The notes beneath the pieces were generated by a model that worked only from the letters and a program-made list of their open reading frames with translations, made no database searches and was not told where the DNA came from. The position numbers were made by a program, and so were the translations under genes. A DNA stretch of 62,323 nucleotides, counting the filler, from Thermodesulfobacteriota bacterium (GTDB taxonomy: Bacteria > DASVDK01): assembly GCA_036381125.1 (NCBI GenBank). It is 8 parts of 8 records of this genome, joined end to end, with 100 filler letters (N's around TTAATTAATTAA, not from the genome) between each part and the next. Parts side by side here need not be neighbours in the genome. Positions count along the whole stretch, not along the records: positions 26,194 to 41,293 come from DASVDK010000178.1; positions 41,394 to 46,686 come from DASVDK010000179.1; 6 more parts are not named here. The stretch is one strand, 5' to 3'. Position 1 is the first letter of the stretch. Every line of letters begins with the position of its first letter. Below, in pieces: positions 37,675 through 45,947 of the stretch.

Positions 37675-38792
37675 CGCGTTCGCCCCCCCCGGCGCGCCTC
37701 TTCGCCCGCCCCGGCGGCTCCCGGGGACCCCCGAAGCGAAGCTTCGCGGGGCGGAAGTGCGGGACGGGGGCCTCGCGGGCGCTTGAGGCCGCGGGCGACG
37801 GTCACCACGATGCCGGCCGGGAAGAACAGCATCGTCGCGAGGAGCAGGGCGCCGAGGATGAGGAAGGCGTACTCCCCGCCCCAGACCGAGAGCGTGTCGG
37901 CGAGCCAGCGCAGCGCCAGCGTGGAGAGGAGGACCGCGAGCAGGCTGTGCCGCCCGCCGACGGCGGCCCAGATGACCGGCACCGTGGCGGCCAGCAGGCC
38001 CATGGTGGCGGGGTTGGTGTAGTTGCCCCACGAGACGTAGAGGACGCCGCTCACGCCCGCGAGCCCCGCGGCCAGCGTGAAGACCTGGACCTGGACGAGG
38101 TTGACGTTGTAGCCGAGGAGCCGGGTCCGCTCGACGTCGTCGCGGATGCCGATGACGACGTGCCCGTAGCGGGCGTTCACCAGGAGGCGCAGTCCCAGGT
38201 AGGTCGCGAGCATCAGGACCACGACGAGGAGGTAGAACGCGACCGTCGCCCCGCCGAACTCCACGCCGGCCACCTGGAGCGACGGAATGCCGGTCATGCC
38301 GTTGTAGCCGCCGAGGAGGACGGCGCCGACGCGCCACTGGTAGCCGGCCGTCTGGGCCATGAAGGTCTCGAGGATGAGCGAGAGGACGAGGGTGAGGAGC
38401 GGGATGATCCACCCGCTCACCTGCCCGTAGAAGACGAAGTACCCGAAGGCCGCTGCGACCAGGACGGCGGCGCCGACTCCACCGACGGCGGCCAGGAGCG
38501 TGGCCCAGGGGCTGCCGGCCAGGTTGCCCGCGAGGATGCCGTAGACGTAGCCGGCGATGCCGAAGAACGCCGCCTGCCCGAAGCTCAGGATGCCGCCGTA
38601 GCCCCACAGGAGCCCCAGGCCGAGCCCCATGGGGACGTAGAGGGCGAAGTTGGCGAAGTTCGACATCGCGAACACCGAGCCGACGAGCGGGTAGGCGAGC
38701 AGCGCCGCGCTCGCGGCGCCGAACAGCGCCCAGAAGACCGGCCCCCGACCCAGCTCCGCGGGACCGTTCAGCGTTCGCCACAGCGCCCGCAT
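37671..38792 (-). CDS. ABC permease (UrtC-like)
   Basis: WGYGGILSFGQAAFFG, IRDD..R..LLGY and AVGGR. Confidence 0.88.
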   Translation of the reverse strand: MRALWRTLNGPAELGRGPVFWALFGAASAALLAYPLVGSVFAMSNFANFALYVPMGLGLGLLWGYGGILSFGQAAFFGIAGYVYGILAGNLAGSPWATLLAAVGGVGAAVLVAAAFGYFVFYGQVSGWIIPLLTLVLSLILETFMAQTAGYQWRVGAVLLGGYNGMTGIPSLQVAGVEFGGATVAFYLLVVVLMLATYLGLRLLVNARYGHVVIGIRDDVERTRLLGYNVNLVQVQVFTLAAGLAGVSGVLYVSWGNYTNPATMGLLAATVPVIWAAVGGRHSLLAVLLSTLALRWLADTLSVWGGEYAFLILGALLLATMLFFPAGIVVTVARGLKRPRGPRPALPPREASLRGSPGAAGAGEEARRGGRTR

Positions 38793-38805
38793 GCCCGTCC
38801 CTTCC

Positions 38806-39705
38806 TCAGGCCGATGCGCGCGCCATCCGGCGGCGCTCCCGGTCCTGGAGATAGCCCGACAGCCCGCGCGGGAGGAACCGGATGACGAGCAGCGCGGCCA
38901 CGAGGAGGCCCATCCGCCCGATGAAGGTTCCCCAGACACTGGAAAGCGGCGTCGAGACGAGGGACAGCAGCCCGGCGCTCATGAGCGCACCGGCGATCGG
39001 ATTGGCGCCGCCGCCCACGACGACCGTGATGAAGGCCACATCGACGAAGGTCGTCCCCATCAGCGGCACGATGGTCGTGGTCGGCGCGTAGAGCGCGCCC
39101 GTCAGCCCGGCCAGGGCGGACCCGACGCCGAAGGTGATGAGGTAGACCCGGCCGGTGTCCACGCCGAGGGCGCGCGCGACCTCGGCGTTCTGCATGGTGG
39201 CGCGGGTGCGGATGCCGAGCCGCGTCCGGTAGAGGAACCACCAGGCGGCCGCGATGACCAGGATCGCGATCACGAAGAGGAGCAGACGGTAGCCGCCGAA
39301 CGAGTAGCCGCCGTACGAGAACGTCCACGCCGGCAGCGGCACCGATTCCATCGAGGGGCCGAGCAGGAGGAGCGTCCCCTGGCTGAGGATGAGGCTCACG
39401 CCCCAGGTGGCGACCAGCGCGCCGATCCTGTCCCGGTAGAAGCGCCGGATGACCGTCCGCTCGAGCAGCAGGCCGAAGAGGCCGACCCCGAGGACGCTCA
39501 GGATCATGCAGACGGGCAGCGGCAGGTTCGCCCGGTTGTACGCGATCGTCGTGATGTAGGCGCCCATCATGATCAGCTCGCCGTGGGCGAGGTTGATCAC
39601 GTCGACCACGCCGAGGATGATCATCAGCCCGAGCGCTGCGAGTAGCAGCAGGGCGATGTTGTCGGCGTACTGGTAGAAGAGGCTGACGACCTGGGGCAGC
39701 GTCAT
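38806..39705 (-). CDS. ABC permease (UrtB-like)
   Basis: INLAHGELIM.GAY, ATWGVSL and FITVVVGG. Confidence 0.88.
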   Translation of the reverse strand: MTLPQVVSLFYQYADNIALLLLAALGLMIILGVVDVINLAHGELIMMGAYITTIAYNRANLPLPVCMILSVLGVGLFGLLLERTVIRRFYRDRIGALVATWGVSLILSQGTLLLLGPSMESVPLPAWTFSYGGYSFGGYRLLLFVIAILVIAAAWWFLYRTRLGIRTRATMQNAEVARALGVDTGRVYLITFGVGSALAGLTGALYAPTTTIVPLMGTTFVDVAFITVVVGGGANPIAGALMSAGLLSLVSTPLSSVWGTFIGRMGLLVAALLVIRFLPRGLSGYLQDRERRRMARASA

Positions 39706-39740
39706 GCCGGGGTGTCTCCGAGAGGCGCACTGGCGAGCGA

Positions 39741-39786
39741 CCGGCCGCCGGTCGGAGACGGCGGCAGCTCTCCGACCGGCGGCCGG
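39741..39786. repeat. Perfect 18-bp inverted repeat between urtA-like and urtB-like genes
   Basis: CCGGCCGCCGGTCGGAGA-10 nt-TCTCCGACCGGCGGCCGG; probably an mRNA-stabilising or attenuating hairpin. Confidence 0.85.
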
Positions 39787-39805
39787 CGCGCGACGACTTC
39801 AGCCC

Positions 39806-41245
39806 TTACTTCTTGCCGAGGAACTTCTTGAAGAACGGGTCCTCGTCGGGAATGTACTGCTTCGACTCCGGGTGGCGCACCAGGTTCACCCCGAGGCGGC
39901 GCGTCCACCACGGCTCGATGTAGGGCCACTCGGTCACGAACGTGATGTTGTGGCTCTCGTCGCAGCGGGCAAGCCGGATGTACTGGCTCAAGGAGTGGGT
40001 CGCGGGGTCCATGAACACCCAGCCGGCCGGCGCCTCCACGCCGATGCCGGACTCGAGGGCGGCGATCACGTCCTCCTTCCTGGTCGTCCCGGCGAGGCGC
40101 ACCGCCTTGGCGTAGAGGTGGGTCGCGACGTAGGCGCTGTGCCCTTCCATGGCGAGGTAGGGCTCGTCGGGGAACATCTTGCGCCAGCGCTCGACGAACT
40201 TCCGGTTGCGCGGGGTGGGGATCTCCTCCATGTAGCTGGCGGTCACGTGGAAGCGCGCGAGGGCCGGCGCCTTGAAGCGCAGGTGCTCGTACCCCTGCGC
40301 GATGTTGATGCTCGAGCCCATCGGGATCTTGATTCCCGCCGCGTTGGCCTGCGGGTAGTAGTTAGAGTGGTTCTGGCCCGTGATGTACATCATCAGCCAG
40401 TCGGGCTTCGCCTGCTGGATGCGCGCGATGCTCGAGCTGAACTGCGAGACCGAGAGCGGGATGAACTCCTCGCCGACGATCTCGGCACCGAGCAGCGGGG
40501 CGAAGGCACGCGTCCAGGCGGCCGAGAGCTGGCCGAAGTTGTAGTCGGCCGCGAGGATGTAGATCCGCTTGCCGAACGTCTGGACCATGTACTGCATGAC
40601 CGGGACGATCTGCTGCTCGGGGAGCGCGCCCGTGCAGAACGTGTACTTGTCCGCGACGCCGCCCTCGTACTGGTTGTTGTAGAAGTAGAGCATCTTGTTC
40701 TGGTTCATGATCGGGCGGATCGCCTCGCGCTCGGCGCTGGCGAAGCCGCCCATGATCACGTCGACCTTCTCGTCGAGGATCAGGCGCCGCGACAGGGCCT
40801 GGAACTGCCGGTTGTCGGACTGCGGGTCGGGGGCGATGAGCTGGATCTCCCGGCCGAGCACGCCGTTCTCGCCGGACTTGACGAGGTAGTCGTCGGCCTC
40901 GTTCCAGACGACGTCGTCCTTCGTCGGCTCGCCTCCGCGGCCGGTGACCTTCGTGATGTTCGCCGTCGGCGGCTGGGGGGCGACTTTCGCGAAGACCCCA
41001 GGTCCCCCCGGTCCCTGCACACCGCCGGCGAGCGTCCAGCCCTCGTTGATCTCCTTGATGGCGAGCTGGGTGCCGCGCCACTTGTTGAGCCCGAAGATGG
41101 CGAAGTTGCCCGAGCGGTCCTCGAGCAGCCCGAACTTGATCGGGGCGCTGGTCGTCTGGGCCCGTGCGCGACGAGGGGTCGCGAGGCCGAGCGTGCCTGC
41201 GGCACCGGCGGCGCCGACCGTCTTCAGGAAGTCCCGCCGGGGCAT
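39806..41245 (-). CDS. Tat-exported urea/amide ABC substrate-binding protein (UrtA/AmiC-like)
   Basis: PRRDFLK Tat motif; SAEREAIRP, YFYNNQYEGG and ADYNFG; frame stays open to the contig edge. Confidence 0.88.
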   Translation of the reverse strand: MPRRDFLKTVGAAGAAGTLGLATPRRARAQTTSAPIKFGLLEDRSGNFAIFGLNKWRGTQLAIKEINEGWTLAGGVQGPGGPGVFAKVAPQPPTANITKVTGRGGEPTKDDVVWNEADDYLVKSGENGVLGREIQLIAPDPQSDNRQFQALSRRLILDEKVDVIMGGFASAEREAIRPIMNQNKMLYFYNNQYEGGVADKYTFCTGALPEQQIVPVMQYMVQTFGKRIYILAADYNFGQLSAAWTRAFAPLLGAEIVGEEFIPLSVSQFSSSIARIQQAKPDWLMMYITGQNHSNYYPQANAAGIKIPMGSSINIAQGYEHLRFKAPALARFHVTASYMEEIPTPRNRKFVERWRKMFPDEPYLAMEGHSAYVATHLYAKAVRLAGTTRKEDVIAALESGIGVEAPAGWVFMDPATHSLSQYIRLARCDESHNITFVTEWPYIEPWWTRRLGVNLVRHPESKQYIPDEDPFFKKFLGKK

Positions 41246-41293
41246 GCCGCCTTCCGTCTGGGTGTCGGACTCGACCTCGTCACGGGAGGTCGG

Positions 41294-41393
41294 NNNNNNN
41301 NNNNNNNNNNNNNNNNNNNNNNNNNNNNNNNNNNNNNTTAATTAATTAANNNNNNNNNNNNNNNNNNNNNNNNNNNNNNNNNNNNNNNNNNNN
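41294..41393. other. Artificial contig linker
   Basis: N-run with TTAATTAATTAA. Confidence 0.99.
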
Positions 41394-41834
41394 GCCGATC
41401 GAGGCGCGAGCGCGGAAGGCCGCCTCGGCGGGCGGAAGCCCGGCGGGCAGCCGCACGAAGGCCGGGACCGCGAGCCCCGCGCGGGCGAGCCGCTCGCGGC
41501 TCTCCGCCTTGTTGCGCGCGGCGTCGACGGCCGAGACGGGGTTGGCCGGGATCCCCAGGCGCTCGGCCACGGCGGCCGCCAGCGCCGCCGTGTCGTCGTC
41601 GACCCCCACCACGGCATGCACGGGGTGGCGGGAGGCGAACTCGGCGGCGGCGGCGACGGCCCGCTCGCGGTCGTGGAACGGGAGCGTCAGGAACCCCGTG
41701 GGGTTGGCCGCCGCCATCACGTTGGGCTCCTCGGAGCCGACCGTGAGGTCGGCTCCGAGGCCAACGGCGGCCTTCATGAAGTCCTCCGCCCGGTAGGTGC
41801 CGGTCGGCAGGAGGAGGAGGAGCCGCGGCCTCAG
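41394..41834 (-). CDS. ATP-grasp ligase (L-amino-acid-ligase-like), 3' truncated
   Basis: LLLLPT.TYRA.DF..AA, VVGVDD, LGIP.NP..AV.AARNK…R..L..AG..VP.F; probable CTG start. Confidence 0.8.
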
Positions 41835-42535
41835 GAGAGGCGCCCCCTGTGGAAGCGCTCGAGCTCGTCGTTCGCCTTGACGATGGTCTCGAGCCGGTCG
41901 ACGACGGCCCCGAGCGAGGCGCCGGGGAGGCTCGCGTAGAGCTCGCCGTCGGCGAGCCTCGTGTAGACGCGGTTGCCGATGCAGCCGAGGCTCACCGCCG
42001 CCCGGCCGGACGCCTCGGAGGCGGGGATGGCGGCGCAGGTCGGCCGCCCCATGACCGTGCCGTCGGGCCCCACGCCGGCCAGCGTGGCGGCCTCGGTGAG
42101 GAGCATGATCTGCCTGGCCGTCCCGCGCACCATCACGACCGCCGGCTCCACCGGCGTCGCCTCGAGCGGCGCGTAGACGGCCACCTTGAGCGGCGTCCTG
42201 CGCCGCGGGATCTGCGCCACCTCCTCCAGGCGGATGTACTGGAGGTCGACCATCGTGCCGATGAGCCCCTCGAGCTCCTTTGCCGTGGCGGGCGGCAGCT
42301 CCACGGCATGCGTGTGGGCGCCGATGGGGCACGACATGTGGTCGGCCGCCTCGGTGTAGAAGGCGCCGGACTCGGCGGCCTTCGGCCAGTAGCCGCACCC
42401 GGCCGGTGCGGCGGCGGCGCGCGGGATCCCGGCGGGCGGCGCGTCCGGAAACGCGACCGCAACCGGCGGCGCCGCGAGGCCGAGAAGGGTCGTCAGGCGC
42501 CGGCCGGAAGCCCTGGCGGCATCGAGCGTCGTCAT
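41831..42535 (-). CDS. DUF169 family Cys-rich protein
   Basis: PVAV.F, GC.YW, CPIG, RPTC and SLGCIGNR.Y..L…EL. Confidence 0.8.
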   Translation of the reverse strand: MTTLDAARASGRRLTTLLGLAAPPVAVAFPDAPPAGIPRAAAAPAGCGYWPKAAESGAFYTEAADHMSCPIGAHTHAVELPPATAKELEGLIGTMVDLQYIRLEEVAQIPRRRTPLKVAVYAPLEATPVEPAVVMVRGTARQIMLLTEAATLAGVGPDGTVMGRPTCAAIPASEASGRAAVSLGCIGNRVYTRLADGELYASLPGASLGAVVDRLETIVKANDELERFHRGRLS

Positions 42536-42551
42536 CGTCGACCGTCCTCCC

Positions 42552-43148
42552 TCACTTCTTCGCTGGCGAATAGTACGGGTTGGTCCCCAGCGCGTGCTCC
42601 GTGGTGTCGAGAATGGCCACCACCTCCGGCACCTGCTGCCGGATGGTGGCCTCGATGCCCTGCTTGAGCGTCACGTTGGCCATCCCGCAGCCCTGGCAGC
42701 CGCCGCCGAGCCGCACGTAGACGATCGCGTCCTCCACGTCGATCAGCTCGACGAAGCCGCCGTGCGAGGCGACGGCCGGGTTGATGTCCCGGTCGATGAT
42801 GGTCTGGACCTTCTCGCGGATCCCCCGGTCCACCTCGCTCACCACCTTCGCCCCCTCCGCGATCGGCGGCACGCCGGACCGGAGCGCCTCGCGGATGGCG
42901 GCGCCGATCCGCTTGCCGATGACCGGCCAGGGATCGGGGTTGTCCTTCGTCACGGTCACCGTTCGACCCGAAACCGTGAGCGAGGTAACGCCGTCGATGT
43001 CGAGGATCTTTTCGGCCAGCGGAGAGCCGAGCGCTTTGTCGGGCGTGGCGAAGCGGATGGTCCCCTCCGGGTAGATCGGCCGGTCGACGACGAACCGGCA
43101 GGTCCGGTCGTCCACCGGTTCACCCGTGATCCTGATCTCGTCGCTCAT
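42552..43148 (-). CDS. NfuA/NifU-like Fe-S carrier (Nfu N-terminal scaffold + NifU-C)
   Basis: SPLA..I..I.GV; INPAVASHGG…GGCQGC..A..TLKQGIE…NPYY; AAGGAGG RBS. Confidence 0.9.
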   Translation of the reverse strand: MSDEIRITGEPVDDRTCRFVVDRPIYPEGTIRFATPDKALGSPLAEKILDIDGVTSLTVSGRTVTVTKDNPDPWPVIGKRIGAAIREALRSGVPPIAEGAKVVSEVDRGIREKVQTIIDRDINPAVASHGGFVELIDVEDAIVYVRLGGGCQGCGMANVTLKQGIEATIRQQVPEVVAILDTTEHALGTNPYYSPAKK

Positions 43149-43167
43149 ACGGCCTCCTTGGTCGGTG

Positions 43168-44640
43168 TCATGTTCGTTCGAGAGAGCCCAACTGGCCCTC
43201 GGTCGGCTCCGCTCAGCAGAACCACGCTTCGGCGAGCCTCGGGGGACGCCTTCCCGCCGGCGCTCCAGCCGCCGGCACCTTCCGACGGGGCGCGGCGTCC
43301 TCGCCTGCCGGCGCTCCACTCGCCGGCACCATCCGTTGCGGCGCGGGCACGCCTCCGGCTCGGCAGGAGGCGAGGTCCCGGAGCCGCTCGAAGGTCGACG
43401 CGTGCGGCTCCCCCGTGCGCGCGGCCTCCTCGACCAGCGCCGCCGCCTCGCGCTGGAGCGCGTCCATGCGGGGGTCTGGGTGCCGCCACCGGTACGTGAA
43501 CGCCGCCTCGTCGAGGTCGCCCAGGTGCGGCCGCATCGCGTCGGACCCGAGCAGGAGCGACCCGGGCGGCACGAGGAGCCTCAGCGTGTAGTGCACCGGG
43601 TCGATGTGCTCGACGAGCCCCTCGCCGTCGACCACCTCGAAGAGCTCACGATAGCTCTCGAGCGTTTCCCAAGGCGTGAACGGCACGAGCGTCGGTCGCA
43701 GGACGAGGCCGGCGGCTCGCGCGAGCGCCAGGACCTCGAGCACGTCGGCCCGCGTGTGCCCCTTGGCGAGACTGGCGAGCACCGTGTCGTTCAGCGACTC
43801 GACGGCGGTCACGACGAAGGCGCAGCCGGTCTCGACCAGCTCGGGAAGGAGGCGCCGGTGCCGGAGCAGGTGCTCCACCTTGATCGTGGCGTCGAACGTG
43901 ACGTCCGGGAACTCGGCGTGGAGCGCCCGCGCCAGGCGCATGCCGTGCGTCGGCCCGTTGAAGAAGTCGGGGTCGCCGAACGTGATGTGGCGAGCCCCCG
44001 CGGCCACCTGCCGCCGGATGTCCTCGAGGACCACGTCGCGCGGCACGGCGAAGAACCGGCCGCCGTAGACCGGTGGAATCGGGCAGTGGCGACACGCGTG
44101 CCGACACCCCCGGCTGGCCTCGGTATAGCCGGCCACGTCGAGCCGCCCGTCGCCCCGATCGAGCGGCGCGTAGCGGGCGAGCGGCGGCAAGGCGGCCCGC
44201 GACGGCACGCCGAAGGACAGCCGCTCGAGGACCGGCTCGCGCGAGGGGGCCGGCGTCTCGCCCCGCTCGAGCGCCTGCGCCAGCTCGACCAGGCGCTGCT
44301 CGACCTCCCCGCCCAGCACCGAGTCGGCGCCGTGGCCGAGCAGGTGCTCGGCGTTCAGCGTGGCGTAGAGGCCGTAGAGGCAGACGTGCGCCCCGGGGTT
44401 GGCGGCCCGGACGGCCGCGAGCGCGCGCACGCCGAGCCGCAGCGCCGTGTGCATCGGGACCGAGATGGCCACGAGGCGGGCCCGCGACACCGCGGCGAGG
44501 TCGAGCCGCTCGGCGGCCAGGTCGAGTGCGGCCGGGCGGAAGCCCGCCCGCTCGAGGAAGCCGAGCGCCGAGGCCACCGCGAAGGGCTGGTGGCCGAGCT
44601 CGTAACAGGAAATGAGAAGCACCTCACCTTCGCCGCGCAT
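43168..44640 (-). CDS. B12-binding-domain radical SAM protein with CUAEP tail; predicted selenoprotein (UGA=Sec at 43213-43215)
   Basis: YELGHQP N-terminus; SRGCRHACRHC; ITFGDPDF. Reading through TGA gives …WFC-U-AEPTEGQLGSLERT*. Confidence 0.88.
43182..43200 (-). promoter_or_regulatory. Candidate bacterial SECIS hairpin
   Basis: GAGGGCC-AGUUG-GGCUCUC: 7-bp stem with a GU-containing loop, starting after a 12-nt spacer 3' of the UGA. Confidence 0.65.
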
Positions 44641-44658
44641 GACGCTTCATGGTACCTC

Positions 44659-44687
44659 TTGACGCCAGCCCCCCGACCCTCTAGGCT
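44659..44687 (+). promoter_or_regulatory. sigma70-type promoter for the Cys-rich leader and sulfite reductase
   Basis: TTGACG-17 nt-TAGGCT, 8 nt before ATG 44696. A divergent TACCAT at 44649-44654 could serve the rSAM gene. Confidence 0.65.
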
Positions 44688-44695
44688 CCTCGGGT

Positions 44696-44821
44696 ATGTT
44701 CGACCTGCGCGCCGCCGCCTGCGCCTGTTGTTGTCGCCCCTCCGGGGCTGCGTGCATGCGCACGCCCCTGGCGGCCTCGGGCTCGCGCGCGCCGGTCACC
44801 CGGAGCGCCGCGCCGCGATAG
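44696..44821 (+). CDS. Putative cysteine-rich leader peptide (41 aa)
   Basis: MFDLRAAACACCCRPSGAACMRTPLAASGSRAPVTRSAAPR*; TGC GCC TGT TGT TGT; not in the ORF track. Confidence 0.6.
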   Translation: MFDLRAAACACCCRPSGAACMRTPLAASGSRAPVTRSAAPR

Positions 44822-44896
44822 CGGCGACACGCGGGACCTCAAGGGCCGCACCCCAACCGGCCCTGACGGCCCGCGGCGCGCCTCGACACTCCCGCT

Positions 44897-44963
44897 TCTC
44901 TCCTCCTCCACGCGCCCCGCCGGCCCGAGCGGCCCGCGGGGCGCGGCCGTTTTCGAGGAGAGA
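44897..44963 (+). promoter_or_regulatory. RBS-sequestering / terminator-like hairpin
   Basis: TCTCTCCTC (44897-44905) is complementary to the SD region GAGGAGAGA (44955-44963). Inner stem CGCGCCCCGC/GCGGGGCGCG is followed by GCCGTTTT. Confidence 0.65.
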
Positions 44964-44970
44964 CTCGGAC

Positions 44971-45947
44971 ATGGCGTCAGCGGCACACGTCGAGGCGGTC
45001 AAGAAGTCGAAGAACCCCCTCGACGTCCTCGAGGACATCCGGCGCTACGCGCGCGAGGGCCTCGCGGCCATCGATCCGGACGACCGGGACATCCGCTTCA
45101 GGTGGTTCGGCCTCTACACCCAGCGCCCCCTCGAGGACGGCTATTTCATGCTGCGCGTGAAGCTGCCGGGCGGTCAGGCGACGGCCGACCAGTTCGAGGC
45201 GCTGGCCGACATCTCGGAGCGGTACGGTTGCGGCGTCCTCGACGTCACCGACCGGCAGAACGTCCAGTTCCACTGGCTGCGGATCGAGGACATCCCGGCG
45301 GTCTTCGACGCGACGCCAGCCCTCGAGGCGGCGAGCCGCCACGTCACCGGGAACCGCGAGTTCTCGGACCTCCCGCGGAAGTACAGGGTCTCCATCGCCG
45401 CCTGCGGCCACCGGTGCACGCACCCGGAGATCAACGACGTGGCGCTCGTCGGCGTGTCGCACGGCGACATGCGCGGCTTCGACCTCTGGGTGGGCGGCGG
45501 CCTCAGCACGGCGCCTCGGTTCGCGACGCCGCTCGGCGTCTTCGTCCCCGAGGCGGAGGCGGTCGAGACGAGCCTCGGCCGCCCCCTCGCCGACGGGCCT
45601 CCGGCGCCCGACCCCGACGACCCGCTCGCCGACCGGCTCGAGGCGGACGGGCTCTCCGTCGGACGCCGCTCGTACCGTGCACAGACGATGGCCTGCACCG
45701 GCATCGAGTTCTGCAAGCTCGCCGACATCGGGCTGCTCGGCTCGCGGGTGAAGGTGGGCGGGGAGGCGCGGCAGGCCTACCAGGTTTACCTCGGCGGCCG
45801 CGGCGGCGCGCGGCGGCGCTCGAGGCGCTCGGGGCGGCCGAGAGCGACCCGGCGCACGAGGTGCTGACGCCGGGCGGCGCCGACGCCCCTGCCGACGACC
45901 CCATTGCGCTCGCGGCCGCCGCGGCCGGAGCAGGAGACCTGCCATGA
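44971..45947 (+). pseudogene. Ferredoxin-dependent sulfite/nitrite reductase (SirA/NirA/CysI-like) with multiple internal deletions and a terminal frameshift
   Basis: RW.GLYTQR, FMLRVK.PGG, TDRQNVQFH, LPRK and ACTGIEFCKLA are present. The ACGD..RN and GCPNSC segments are absent. Confidence 0.8.

Noticed and set aside
44700-44970. SAM or other riboswitch upstream of the sulfite reductase
   Set aside because: No S-box core (e.g. ATCnAGAG…GCAACC) seen; the leader-peptide model fits better.
45862-45867. TGC-TGA (Cys-stop) ending the sulfite reductase ORF as a second Sec site
   Set aside because: It lies in post-frameshift sequence with no recognisable motif after it.
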